This document shows, piece after piece, positions 43,647-57,908 of a stretch of 64,000 bases of DNA (positions within the stretch are counted from its first letter, which is position 1; each line of letters begins with the position of its first letter). The stretch is from the NCBI RefSeq assembly GCF_006345805.1, contig NC_042999.1:125860001-125924000 (forward strand). Direction: 5' to 3'. The stretch is from Octopus sinensis (Eukaryota). A model generated the notes under the pieces. That model had not been told where the DNA came from. It saw nothing but the letters and a program-made list of their open reading frames with translations, and did no database searches. The position numbers and the translations under genes are program-made.

Positions 43647-44237
43647 AATTATAATCCAGTCTTTTGTAGAGTCTGCCCCTGCCATTTGACTATCAGTGCA
43701 ATATTGTAATGGAAAGTCCATACTTCAAATTACTCTATTCTGATACTGATCCATTTGCTGCGATACATAATAGGTGAATATACTATGTGTCTAGTTGCAA
43801 TTTCAAAAGTAATCAAAACTCTACTTTAAATTATTTAAATGTTCGCACTACAAATTAATCTGTGATTGTGACTACTTCTATGTATGCGTACGGGCATAAG
43901 TTGATGTATCGGTAAACTTTAAGTTGTGTTAGTTTTTTCATTATGCTTGTTGTGTACATGTGTGCACTGCGTATGATTACAAATGAAAAGTCTCAACGTC
44001 AAGACGCACGCAGATGCACATACAATATTATTACTACAAGAAGGATCTAAATTTGGATCTGACTTGACAATCCATTGCTTAACGTGTGGATACTTGGGAG
44101 CAATTGAATCTTTAAGTAGATATATTCTGGTGTGTATGCATGTATGTAAGTATGTATGTATGTATGTATGTATGTATGTATGTATGTATGTATGTATACA
44201 CACACATATACAAATATATACATACATATGTACATAC

Positions 44238-44268
<31 letters not shown>

Positions 44269-44880
44269 CTCACACATATACACATATATGAGCATATATG
44301 CGTGTATATTTACACGTATATATATATTTGCTATTTGCGTATCTACCTTCCGTGTCTATGAAACCGACACAGATCACTTGTTAAGAACACAATCACGAAA
44401 GATACCAAATGGAATAATTTTCGTTGCAAATCTTTTCAGGTGAAAATGAATGTGAACGAAAAAAAAGCCCCCCCCCCCAAAAAAAAAAAACAAACAACAA
44501 CAAACAAACATTGAAACGAAAATTACAATTACGAAAATGTGAAGGGTGCGGGATTGGTAGTGTTACTTTGAAGTTGAGTGAAGACTAAAAGAATGTATTC
44601 ACCCATTGAAGTGATATAAGAAAAACAAAATAAAATAACGAAACAAAAACAATATTTTACCTATTCTTCAGTAAAAGGATAGATAGTTGTCAGACGAGAA
44701 TTACCGTCCGCCAATCTAACCTCGTTATATGCAGCAGTGACTTTAGATCTTTGATGAAACTAAAGTATCAGATAACATTACAAGGGTATAAATAAAAGGA
44801 TAAGTAGTTATTCACCTCACGCATTTGTAAGATAAATAAATTTATATCCTTCTTTATCAACGTTATTAAACATTGCTATG

Positions 44881-45179
44881 CAGGGTGGGCCAAAAGTCAC
44901 GCACAGAATAAGTTCGATACGCTCCGGAATTGTCCAAGACATGCTTCAATTTCAATTTTTCTAAAATTGAATAAATCAGATATCTTGTCCACAGATAAAC
45001 AAACAAACAAACAAAGAAACAAACACGACTGAAAACAATACCTCACCTTCGCCAAGGCAGAGGAAATAATGATGAACACACGCGTACTTGCACATGACGA
45101 ATAAAATGAATAACATTAATAATAATGTAATATAAGTAAAATGGCGAATGTTTTAGTGCGTGACTTTTGGTCCACTCTG
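44881..45179. mobile_element. Tc1-like MITE
   Basis: TIRs cagggtgggccaaaagtcacgcac / gtgcgtgacttttggtccactctg followed by TA. Confidence 0.8.
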
Positions 45180-45611
45180 TATTTGACTTCATGTATCAGG
45201 ACTAGGATAATCGGAGGTTGTGTCGTGGAGATAAATAGCTACGATTGAGATTCGAAACCAGAATACCACACTCAGTTGGGTGAAAGCTTACTGCGATCTT
45301 TACATCAATCATCAAGTTGGCAAGTTATTGTTGTTGTCACTGAACAGTCTTACGATCAAAGGTATTTAATTTCTGACCACCTCGTCCTTTTGAGTTTTAT
45401 ACAATTGCATTATTTAACTAAATCTTTCCATGTCTATAAAAAAAAGGAATCTTATGAATTAGACATATCTCACAGAATTGTGTATGTATGTATGTATGTA
45501 TGTATGTATGTATGTATGTATGTATGTATGTATGTATGTATGTATGTATGTATGTATGTATGTGGACATACATACATACATACATACATACATAGATATA
45601 CATATGTATAT

Positions 45612-46405
45612 CTTTTACTTGTTTCAGTCAACATTGGACTGCACCATGCTAGAGCACTGCCTTGAAAGGTTTAATCGAATTGATCAATTCCAGTACGTAT
45701 TTTAAAAACTTATACTTATTTTATCGCTTTCTTTTGCCGAACCACTAGATTACGGTGACGTAAACAAACCAAAACCAGTTGTCAAGCGCTGTTGGGAAAC
45801 AAACAGAAACGCAAAAGCACATGCACGCGCACGTACACACACACAACACACACACACACACACAGAAATATGTATACAGCGAGTTTCTTTCAGTTTCCGT
45901 CTACCAAATCTCCTCAGTCTTTGCTCAAGCCAGTGCTATGGTAGAAGACACTTGCGCAAAGTATTGCGCAGTAGGACTGAACCCTAGACTAAATGGTTGG
46001 GAAGCAAGTCTCCTAACCACGCAGTCACGCCTATAAGCCACACCTGTAAGCCACGCCTATATGTGTATGTATGTATCTTTTATCTTTTACTTGTTTCAGT
46101 CATTAGACTGCGGCCAGACTGGGGCACCGGCTGGAAGAATTTTAGTCGAACGAATCAACCCCAGTACTTATTTGTTTTTTTAAAAGCCTGGTAGCTTTTT
46201 ATCGCTCTCTTTTTACCGAACAGTTAAATTACGAGGATGTAAACATATCAACACCGGTTGCCAAGCGGTGTGTGTAGGGAAACACAGATACAAAGACACA
46301 CACATATACGACGGGCTTCTTTCAGCTTCCATTTACTAGATTCACTCACAAGGCTCTAGCGGGTCTGAGGCTATAGTAGAAGACACTTGCCCAAGGTACC
46401 ACGCA
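45612..46405 (-). mobile_element. Two tandem SINE family B copies
   Basis: 45612-46032 and 46083-46405. Confidence 0.8.
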
Positions 46406-46500
46406 CCTACATATAACATTTCGAAGAACTACATTTTCAGTAAGATGTAATAGTTTATTCGCACACTGGTACAGCATATGGTTAATATACTAACATATTA

Positions 46501-47155
46501 AGGCGGCGTGCTTCCACAATCGTTTGCACACCGGTCAAAGTGCTTAGCGGTATTTTGTCCGTCTTTAGGTTCTCAGTTCAAATTCCGCCGAGGTCGACTT
46601 TACCGTTCATCATTTAGGTGTCGATAAAATAAGTACCAGTTGCGTACTGGGGTCGATCTAACCGACTGGCCCCCTCCTCCAAAATTTCAGGCCTTGTACC
46701 TCGAGTAGAAAAGAAAATACTAACATATTAAAGCGGCGTGCTGCCACAATCGTTTGCACACCGGTCAAAGACGGCGAGCTGGCAGAAACGTTAGCACGTC
46801 GGACGAATTGCGCAGCCGTATTTCTTCTGCCGTTACGTTCTGAGTTCAAATTCCGCCGAGGTCGACTTTGCCTTTCATCCTTTCGGGGTCGATTAATTAA
46901 GTACCAGTTACGCACTGGGGTCGATGTAATCGACTTAATACCTATGTCTGTCCTTGTTTGTCCCCTCTGTGTTTAGCCCCTTGTGGGTAATAAAGAAATA
47001 GGTATTTCGTCCGTCTTTATGTTCTCAGTTCAAATTCCGCCGAGGTCGACTTTACCGCTCATCATTTAGTAGTCGATAAAATAAGTACTAGTTGATCACA
47101 GGAGTCGATGTAACCGACTCACCTCCTCCACCACAATTGCTGACCTTGTGTTAAA
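46501..47155 (+). mobile_element. SINE family A trimer (nested or tandem)
   Basis: Three cores; ctaacatattaa appears at about 46490, 46720 and 47159. Confidence 0.88.
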
Positions 47156-47572
47156 ATGCTAACATATTAATTACATGTCAGTTAATATGGATAAACTGCA
47201 TAAAGTGTATTAAACCTTACAGTATCTGATTAAAGTTTTTCCCGGTGACCCAGAGAAATATTTAACGGATAAAGGAAATTGATATAGCTGTAGTTAGGGG
47301 GTTTGAAATACGAGTAGGTTGGTTCAATATATCACTGATTCACTAAGCTCATCTCACAGATCTGCAAATTCGTTGATATTCATAACTACAAACATGAAGG
47401 ATGCATCACCATACATACATACATACATACATATGTTTATGTGCAAATGTGTATATGTATATGTATATGTATATGTGTGTATATATATATATATATAATA
47501 ATATATATATTATATATATATATATAATATACATAGGTGTGTGTATGTGTACATACATACATACATACATGC

Positions 47573-47605
<33 letters not shown>

Positions 47606-48472
47606 CGCATACCTTTATGTATTTGTTTTGCAAGATTCCGTGTACATATGCATAGCATACATACAACATATATACATGTATACCGCACACACACACACAT
47701 GGGAGAAAGGGGAAGCGAGAATTATAGAAACGGAGTGAGGCAAAGGAGAAAGAAAAGGAGGAGTAGATAGAGGGAAACAAGAGAAAGAGAAAGGGGAGAG
47801 AGAGGGGAAAGGAAGAGAGAGGGGAGAGGAAGAGAGAGAGTGAGAGCGAGAGAGAGCGGGAGAGAGATTAAAAGTAATATATCATACCTGACCACTGCAG
47901 AGTCACTTTGTCGCGGTTAGCATCATTAAATTCAAGTCCTATTGCCGAGTTGAGTCCAAACAATTTCTATAATAACAGGGTTTACGATCCGATACTCAAG
48001 AACTGGCGAAGGCTGACATTATCAGAACGACCCTGAGAGTTGAAAACAACAAAAACTAGATATTATTTAGAAGACTATTAAAAAAAACAGAAAGCAAAAC
48101 CTAATTGATTGTTATACATTACCATTAAAGATAGGTTTCTTGTGCCCCTTTTTTTATATTTTGTAAACCATAAGGTTTATTTCCAGTTTTTTTTTAGAAT
48201 ATCATTTGTTTTTTGTTTTTCTAATTATTTTTTTAACATTTTTTTCTTACTATCCTAGCTGTAGCTCTCTCAAACGTATCACTGCTTTACTACACAAGGA
48301 ATTAGAAAACTTTTTTTTCATAATTGATTCGAATATACCGTGTCTAGGTTAAATCGTCGAGTGAACATTTCTGTAGAAAATAAGAACAAATTTCATTCTT
48401 CAGAAAATATACAATAATCGTTAATAGAGTAAAAGTTGCAAATATAAATACATAAGCAAACAAACAATTGAA

Positions 48473-48503
<31 letters not shown>

Positions 48504-48506
48504 ATA

Positions 48507-49013
48507 TTGGGTTGTCCAGAAAATTTGTGCCGACTATTAAAGGAAAGAAAAAGGTCAATAAATACTTGCCATTACATTTTTAATCAACCAAATATGAACC
48601 ATTTTGTTGCACAATGCGTCTCCATCTTTCCTTTAACTTGAAAATACCCTCTTCCCAGATTTGAGGTGGTTTCATGGCAAAGAATTCATCAAGGTATCTT
48701 TTTACGTCAATAAAAAGGGGCAATATCTGCTGAATATGGAGGGTGGGGTAACACATCCCAGCCGAGCTGCAGCAATTTTTGTCTGGTTCCCAAAGCATTA
48801 AATGCCTAAAATGAACTTTCTTATCTTCCATTTTAAAGGGTTACAGAATTAACACAGGTTATAGGAACATAAACCCTCTTCCACGAAAAGATAGCTTAAA
48901 TTATGCTCTAAATGGAGGCGTAATCAAATTCTGTTTTATGGACTCAATCATGTTCTAAAATAAGTCGAATTGTAAGGTCCTATAAATCGGTACGAATTTT
49001 CCGGACAACCCAA
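48507..49013 (-). mobile_element. Internally deleted mariner
   Basis: TIRs ttgggttgtcc.gaaaatt.gt.ccga with TA TSDs; MEDKKVHFRHLMLWE fused to WEEGIFKLKERWRRIVQQNGSY. Confidence 0.9.
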
Positions 49014-49605
49014 TACAAGCCTTCTTATTAAAATGATAGTCGAAGAAAACTGTTAGAGGAATCTAATGTTGAGAAAGTTTCTCTTCTTCCCCCTTTTTCG
49101 GAAATTTGGTTGTCATTTCTCACTTCATAACTTCACTCTTTCCCATTTATACGTTTCGTAAAAATAATTAACACACGCATACATACATACATACATACAT
49201 ACATACATACATACATTAACATACATGCACACATACATACATGCATGGTGATTGCAACTCGATTTCAAGTGATATCATCGCTTGATTGTTCTCGGAGACA
49301 CGAACAGCACGAGCGTTGATTTTTAGTCCTGCTTAGGATTGACACACTTTTATAAAGATGTGGCACTTCTTGCAGGTATTATATCAATTGTAGTGTTTTG
49401 GTGAACCTTCATACGACATTTCAGCCGCCTCCCGACACGCATTCATTTCTACACTCCTTGCAAGCAGAGATGCTGTATAATACATTGTTAACATATACAC
49501 ATGGTGGCTATTGATTCGTTGAAGAGTATAACCATCACTGACAAATTATCCCATCCTAGATGTCAAAGACAACGGCTGTGTTACGGCAATGCCCGTGCTG
49601 AAATA

Positions 49606-50495
49606 CGAGGTGGTATCAAAAGATTCCCGGACTAGTTATGTTTAATAAAAAAAAATTATTTACCTAAGTTTTAACACCATTCCTTCAAAATAGTCACCTT
49701 GCACAGCAATACACCGGTCTCAGCATTATTGCCACTTTTGGAATCCGATCCGGAAGTTGTTTTCCATAAGTAAGTCGAGGACCTTCTACAATTTGCTCTG
49801 GATCTCAACAACGGTGTTAAAATGGCAACCTTTCAGCTGTCTTTTCATCTTGGGGAAGATATGGAAGTCTACATCTGGCGAATACGGCGGGTGCGAAAGC
49901 GATACCATGTTGTTTTTGGCAAGTAACTCACGACTAGAGAGAGCTCGGTGACAGGGTGCATTGTCATCGTGAAGAAGTAAATTCTTTGCGCTCCACAGAT
50001 CCGGTCGCTTTCGCCGAATGCCCTTCCTCAAACGCTTCAAAGCATCACTCTCGATTGACAGTCTGGCCCTGGCGGACGAATTCTCGATGCCCAATACCAC
50101 ATTTCCGGGGATGACGCGCGTGTCAAGTCTCCCAGATCACTCATCGTCTTTCAGGAAAGTTCTTCCGCTTTCAAAGCGCCTGTGCCACTCGAAACATTGC
50201 GTACGACTCATTGCCTCGTCGCTGTCAGCTTGCCAAAGCATGTTCAATGTTTCTGTTGCAGACTTCACAATTTTAACGCAAACTTTCGTGTTGGCTGTTT
50301 ATTCCTGTCCATTAAAAATCTCAGACTACATCATATAAAAACACAAATTTCTCAACTTGCGAAGTAAATACAGTAATGTCACTTGGCACACTGCCTCACG
50401 AAGGCCACTGCTAGCTCTCACTACGTGCACAACCGTGTGCTGCCATCTGTTGGTGCGCTACAGGACTAGTCCGGGCACTTTTTGATACCACCTCG
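49606..50495 (-). mobile_element. Internally deleted mariner
   Basis: TIRs cgaggtggtatcaaaa..cccggactagt with TA TSDs; LKRLRKGIRRKRPDLW..LHDDNAPCH..HPPYSPD. Confidence 0.92.
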
Positions 50496-50721
50496 TATAA
50501 AGCCAATAACAGTTAGCACAACACACTAAAAACTCTCACCTATAAAGTCAAGTTGTCCAGAAATATCTCCAGTTTCGCAATGAGGCGAGTGTGATTTCGG
50601 AATTTGCTTCTTCTCCAGAGATGTTTGAACAAGGACTAGTGGTCTCTCAATCCCAACTGTTGGATGGCCGTTGACTCTACTGTGCTTATACGTCCTTTGA
50701 CAGGTTTTGGTTTTCATCCTG

Positions 50722-51595
50722 CAGGGTGTTTAACGAAAACCGCCCTCCTTGCGAAAGGAAGATTGGAAGGGTTACAAGTTTAGTCGCCGACAGCCTGACC
50801 GTGCGATTGGTTGTACTGGGTTACATGTTACCAAGTAACGTACACACACAAACACACACATTCTGCATTGGGTTTCGAGTTCCTAGCACACTGCAACATC
50901 TACAAAGAATCAACTCGACGTTCTCCTCTGTTTACCCGTAACACAATCCTACGTTGGTTGAATGCACTCCGTACACGAAGTACACTAATGAATAGGAGAC
51001 TGGTTTGGGCGCCACGAACAGTACGGACCCCGGAAAATGTGGAACGCGTCAGACAAGCTTTGATACGGTGTCCGAATCGCTCTGCTCGGAGGCAGTCCAC
51101 TGAACTTGGCATCGGTAATTGATCGGTAAGGCGTATTTTACATGAAGACCGGTAATTTCACCTGTACAAATTGGTCATTAAGCAACAGTTGAGACTACGG
51201 GACTATGCACAGCAGCTTCGCAAATTTTGAGGCAAATGATAACCTCATTTTGCTAATGATTTGTTCATGTGTGATAATCTCTTGTGGGGAAACCTTGTGG
51301 CACATGTGTATGCGCATAAACCCCATACATTGGACGGTTTGAAGGAAGCTATTCGCGTGAAAGTCGCCCAAATCGACAGAGCAAAGCTGCAGAGAGTGGA
51401 AGCCAACTTCCAAGAATGCCTTCAGAAATGCATCAATGAAAACGGACGCTACATGATGGATGTTGTTTTCCACACTTAATTTTGTCAAATGCTAATTCAA
51501 TACAAACACGTTGATGTCAATAAAATTTGTTTGCAGCTAAAATTAATGATTTTGTGGAATTTTTTAAAAACGTCCGTCCTCTCTGCCACACGCTG
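50722..51595 (+). mobile_element. Tc1/mariner-superfamily element, internally deleted
   Basis: GAPRTVRTPENVERVRQAL..SARRQ and CDNLLWGNLVAHVY..PHTLDGLKEAI..CINENG; CAGGGTG-type ends. Confidence 0.85.
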
Positions 51596-51647
51596 TATAT
51601 CGAAGTAAATATCGAACCTACATTCTCAGTTCATGTGTGTGTGCGTG

Positions 51648-51705
<58 letters not shown>

Positions 51706-52571
51706 TTAATACTTTCTTCTTTATATGTTCTTACGCTTGCATTTTATATCCTTATCGATATAGGTAAGCAGAATCACTCGTCATAGATTTTTAAAAAATA
51801 TACACAGTGTTTCTTTCTTGAGATGGTGTGTAGACATGCTGTTGCATATTACCGACTTATGTTTATGTATGTGTATTTATGTATATCTAAGTATTTATAT
51901 ATTTTTGTTAATGTATGTATGTTTGTATATCTGTATATCTGTGTATGTACTATATACAACATACTCCAGGAAAATCATTTTTTTTTTTTCTTTCCTCACT
52001 CCTTTTCTGATTAAGGCATAAGGGATATAGTCAGACCAATTTGACAAGAGCTGAATGGGTTAAGAGACCTTGAAGAAAGTGCTTCTGGGTTCTAGCAAGA
52101 ACGTGCCAAAATTCACACACCGTCTGCAGAGCATATAAAATTGCTGAAACATTTGACATTGTCTCATGACACATGCTGAGCAAGAAGCTAGTTTCAGGAA
52201 ACAACAATGAAATTTAGAAAAGTTGAGCAACTCCATCATCATTTCAAAACAACTACAGCAGTAACAAAACTACAATATCAACAAACAACAGCAAAAAACA
52301 ACAAATATATACATAAACAAAGGCGAACATTGAGAGTTTGTTATGCTTTTTTTTATTTGCCTTTTAAAGACATCTTATTTTCGTGTCCTTTGATTTATGA
52401 ACTGGCCTCTTTTTCGACCAGTTTATTTAGATTTCTTTATAACACATCTTCCTCTACTCTCCCCTTTCCTCCTCCTTCTTCGCTATTTGATTTCTTCATC
52501 CTGTATGCCAACTGATGCTTAGTAATAAGTGTAACGTCATACAGGAAGCAATAAGTAGTCAATATCCAGTG

Positions 52572-52602
<31 letters not shown>

Positions 52603-53384
52603 TGTATGTATGTATGTATGTATGTATGTATGGATGGATGGATGGATGGATGGATGTACATGTACATACATATATGTAAATCGATATATATATATATATA
52701 CATACATGCACACGCACATATATATGTATGCACACACATGCATACACGCACGCACACACTCACAAACACGCCCACGGCCACACACGTACACGTACATGAT
52801 TTAAGCAAAAATGAGCCAAAAGAAACAACTCAGAGTGACTTGGGAAATGCATATGAACAACATAGACGCATACAGGTATATCAAATACCATACAACATAA
52901 ATTCTTAAAATTATCTACGCTTCTAGATGATGTGTCATGATTACCAAATGGCAATTAAGACCAGCTCCACTTGAGAAGAGGAGATAATCTCAAGAATAAA
53001 GAAATTCTCTAGATGTTCACATGACATTATAACTCTCTGTATGTTTGCATGTATATATATTATATAGTATATACTATATATATATATATATATGTATGCA
53101 TGTATGTATGTATGTATGTATGTATGTATGTATGTATGTATGTATGTAGTATGTATGCATGTATGTATGTATGTATGTATGTATGTATGTATGTATGTAT
53201 GTATGTATGTATGTATGTATGTATGTGTGCATGTATGTATGCATGCAGCACGAAGTTTTGTCAGTGAACAGGTCGCGGTTTCAAAGCGACGAAAATATTC
53301 TGACACAAATTAAATTTGAATGTTGAAATGAATCTGACGGTTTTTGTGTTCTTAAATGGCTTATTGACATCTTCTACACTGCAA

Positions 53385-53503
<119 letters not shown>

Positions 53504-53545
53504 GAAAAAACGTTTATAATTATGAACAAATCACAATTATATCTA

Positions 53546-53869
53546 AGAGGGTTGAAAGCCGTTACATATTAAAACTAGTAGCCAAAACCGCTATAAAGCC
53601 ATTATGTCACTCATATTATTTCACGTCACGATAAAATCTATCTTCGGGCGACATGACAAATAGAATCCACAACTTGAAAACAATTGGTTTATTCCTCTGA
53701 CGAAGCGAATGGGTCCCCTAAGTGGTCCCTAACGCCGAAATTGCAAAAGGGAATTTACCAATTATTTTCAAGTTGTGGATTCTAGACAGTTTTTATCGTG
53801 AGGAGATATAATGGCTTTACAGCAGTTTTGTCTTTTATTTTTAACATGCAAGGTTTTTTTTAACCCTCT
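53546..53869. repeat. About 320-bp imperfect hairpin with a hammerhead-like motif at its apex
   Basis: tagaatccacaacttgaaaa.aattggt / accaatt.ttttcaagttgtggattcta; aaagccattat / ataatggcttt; agagggtt / aaccctct. Confidence 0.85.
53692..53753 (+). ncRNA. Degenerate type I hammerhead-like motif (family H3)
   Basis: uuccu CUGACGA A GCG..CGC C GAAA uugcaa aagggaa; no clear NUH site. Confidence 0.45.
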
Positions 53870-53873
53870 AAGT

Positions 53874-55225
53874 CATAGTTTTCCAAAGTGGTCGATATCG
53901 CCTACCGGTGGGCGATTTCAACTTACAGGTGGGCGATGGGCGAATTTCTAGAAAATGGTGGGCGATATGAGCATTTTTGGGTAACAATGAATGTTTAGAA
54001 ATTAAGTCTGCATTTACTGATATCTAGGCATGCCTAGAATAAGGACGCACTTTTATCGATTTGACTACTCACATGAGACGTCCCTCTGTATTAAAAACGC
54101 GGACTTATTTATCGATCGAATATTTTTGTTGCAGTCATTGAGATGGTTGTCATGCGTGCTAAAAATAGCAGCTAAATAGGCATAGATCTTAAATCACACT
54201 CCACTACATTTTTTTTTGGTATAATGAAGTCTCGTGTGTAGAATTCAAATTCGCAAAAATTTCCTGAAAACTCCGAAAAAAAAAAGGTATAAGGGGTTAT
54301 ATGCCGTGCGTAATTCTGTGGTTTCATATCAAAACAAAAGTGCTATTTTCAGGATGTTGGCAAAATGCGCAGTCACGCACAAAATGACAGCTTTGAAATC
54401 GCATTTCTTGACTGAGTGAAAATGATCAAACTTTTTAAACATTTTTCTGGAAAAACTCCAGCAATTTAGCTTAGAAAGGTACGCTAATGTGCCAAATTTT
54501 AAAATTTTCGATAAACTTTAATTTTTGAAATGCTGGCAGCCAAACGAACTAGATCCAATATTTGCTTCAGTAAAGATGTGTCATCTGCCTCTGCTCTATT
54601 GACTTTTTCTCTTTGGGAATAACATACTGCCTTTCTGATGATATCTGCAGAAATTCGTTTTCACATTTTCACTTTACTGATGCCTCCAGTTAAGAAAATT
54701 TGTCGACAGTACAGTAGTGATTATTTAACACTTGGATTTATTTCTTCTCTTCAGAACTGTGAGTTACCAATGTGCCTTCGTTGCATCAAATGTTGACCAA
54801 CGAAGCAATGGAACCTTCACCTTTGAAGTATCACGTTGATGCAAAGTATACTGACAAGAAGGACAAGCTGTTATCATACTTTTTCGGAACTGAGCTACTC
54901 CAAGAAACTAGTAAGCAGGAGAATGACGGGTTAATTGCATCGTACAACATTGCATTGCTTATTGCTTAGTCTAGGAAGTTTCACACAATTGGCGAAACAT
55001 TACTTCGCCCAGTTATCAAAGACGATTGTCAACCGTTATGCACGAAAATCCCGATAACATTATAAAGAAGATCCCTCTTAGTAATAACACAATTTCCCGA
55101 AGCATCGATGAAATGACCAACAATGTCAAACATCAGCTCATTAATATTCTCCAGCGTTCTGAATTTTCTATACAAGTAGATGAGTTAACTGTTGTGGACA
55201 ATCAATGTTTGATGATGGTATATGA
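53874..55225 (+). mobile_element. hAT (Buster/Charlie-like) element 5' half with transposase pseudogene from 54679
   Basis: MPPVKKICRQYSSDYLTLGF..LTNEAMEPS..ASYNIALLIA*SRKFHTIGETL..IPLSNNTISRSIDEM..FSIQVDE; truncated by the 55226 foldback. Confidence 0.9.
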
Positions 55226-55455
55226 TGTTGCTAGTTAAAGATAAAAAAGAAGGAAAGAAAGAACAAAGCAGAATCGAATAAGGTGTGGTAGGAGGGGGAG
55301 AAGAGAGGAAGAGAAATGTATGAAACATCGTTCATGAAGAATATCAAGTAGGAAAAAGAAAAAGAAGAGAAATAAGATACATTGAAAACCTCTGTATGTA
55401 TACTCACGCTCGTATACGCACACAAATAAACATGCATAAACATAGCTACATAAAT

Positions 55456-55486
<31 letters not shown>

Positions 55487-57498
55487 CATGTATATACATA
55501 TATACATAAACATACATACATACACAATACATATATACACATACATATGTATTCATAACAGTGTGATTTGGTATATTGAATATCAAAATAAAATAAAAGT
55601 TATTGAAAAAAGGAATAAATTAGGGGAATTTCATAGGTGTAGATTAAATAAAAATAATATTTTATATGGAATAAAGTCAAAGTTGACCTCGGCGAAATTT
55701 GAATCCGAAGCTTAGCAACTGGCGAAATAACGCAAAACATTTTTGTCCTGCTCACTAAAGTTCTGTCAGCATCGTCGCCTTATTAAGAATGGTAATAATA
55801 ATGATAAATACAATGATAGTAAAATGGTTAAATAATAAAGAATAAATATAATAAAAGATATATAAGTTACAAAAGAATTCGTTCGGGTATTCAATATCTC
55901 TAAAACACATTTTGGCCGATTGTAGATGCACTTTTAATAGGTATGCATAAAAAAATCAACGTTGAGAGGTTATTATTTGCTAAATTTCAATGAAAAAAGA
56001 AAAAACGTTTACGAGGTTTAAAAAGGTGCATTTAAGAGTAAAAGTACAATAAATTAAAGAAAATAAAAATAAAAAATAAATAAAAATAAAAATATAAATA
56101 TATAGTTTGTATCTAGTCGAAGGTTTTCTTGGAAGGCGAAAGTGTAAAATGAAAGTTAATACAAAGTGGTACCGGTTTTAGGTTAAAAGGTCAAATTCAA
56201 ATGTGAAAGCCAATGTTACTCGTACGGTATTTTTTCGCTCGACATTTTATACTTCGTGGCGTGTCTGCAGGAATTTAAAAGTTCCAATGTTTGGTTCAAT
56301 GCGTATTTATCCTGGAACGGAATGAGACATTTTTCAGTGAGGCACAAATTGCACCTCATTTATGACGATTTCACTGGGGTTAAAAAGAGCGAGGATTCTT
56401 TATTCGATGTAGCGATGACTGGGCCGAATTATGTATGCTTCTAGGAGCTTATATTCTACACAACCTGAATCTGGAATTCCCTTTTATAGATGCAGGATTA
56501 TACGGAGATGACGGTCTAATAATCACCCGTAATATGAATGGCCATTTGTTAGATAGACTTAGAAATAATCTCATGGGCTTACGAATAACGACAGAAACTA
56601 ACCTTAATAATGTAGATTTTTTAGATATTAACTTAGATTTGCAATTAGATAAATTTAAACTCTACCGTAAGCTCAATGAAAAGCTATATTATATTAACAA
56701 AGAGTCTAATCATCCACCCGTAATGCTTAAGAATCTAGTTAACAATATAGGAAGGTGCATATCTTCCATATCTTCAGAGGAGACAGCGTTCCAAAATGTC
56801 GCGCCGTATTATAATAATGCATTAAGAAACAGTGGATTCTCGAAGATCCAGTATAATCAAAGTACAACTAGCAATAATAGAACACGTAGAACTATAACTA
56901 GGAAAGTTTTATGGTTTAATCCGACATATAATATTGTTGTAAAAAGCAAAATAGGGAATTCTTAAAACTAGTTGATTTTTAATGCATACCTTAATAAAAG
57001 TGCGTTTACAATCGGCCAAAACGTGTTTTAGAGATATCGAATACCCGAACAAATTCTTTTGTAATTTATATATTTTTTTATTATGTATATATTTTTTTTA
57101 TTACTTAACCATTTTACTATTATTGAACTTATTTATCATTATTATTACCATTCTTAATAAGGCGACGATGCGGACAAAACTTTAGTGAGCGGGACAAAAT
57201 GTTTTGCGTTATTTCGCCAGTTGCTAAGCTTCGGATTAAAATTTCGCCGAGGTCAACTTTGACTTTAATCCATATAAAATATGTTTTTAGTAATTTAATT
57301 TAATTTTATAATTGATATTTTTTAATCCACACCTATGAAATTTCACTAATTTGTTCTTTCTTTCAACAACTTTTATTTTATTTTGATATTCAATATACCA
57401 AGACACACAGTTATGAATGTATATGTATGTGTATACATGTATTGTGTATGTATGTAGATATATATATATATATGTATATATATATATCTATCTATATG

Positions 57499-57535
<37 letters not shown>

Positions 57536-57742
57536 CTACATGTTTATGTGTATATGTATGAATTTATACATTTGCGCAATATGTATAAATATGCATGTAT
57601 TTCTCTTATTTTTCTTTTTCCTACTTGATATTCTTCATGAACGATGTTTCATACATTTCTCTTGCTATCTTCTCCCCCTCCCCACCACATTCGATTCTGT
57701 TTTGTTCTTTCTTTCCTTCTTTTCTATCTTTAACTAGCAACA
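55226..57742 (+). mobile_element. Penelope-like element with long inverted arms
   Basis: Arms 55226-55960 and 56971-57742 are inverted; centre holds an RT fragment (FDVAM, GLYGDDGL, VDFLDINL, SNHPP; about 56340-56972) homologous to 7230-7670. Confidence 0.9.
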
Positions 57743-57791
57743 GCAAACATTGTGTGTAGAAACATATTAACACATACGCAAGGAGATATAT

Positions 57792-57908
<117 letters not shown>

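Noticed and set aside
54679-55225. Domesticated ZBED/SCAND-type gene
   Set aside because: It has a stop codon, frameshifts and truncation, so it is a transposon fossil.
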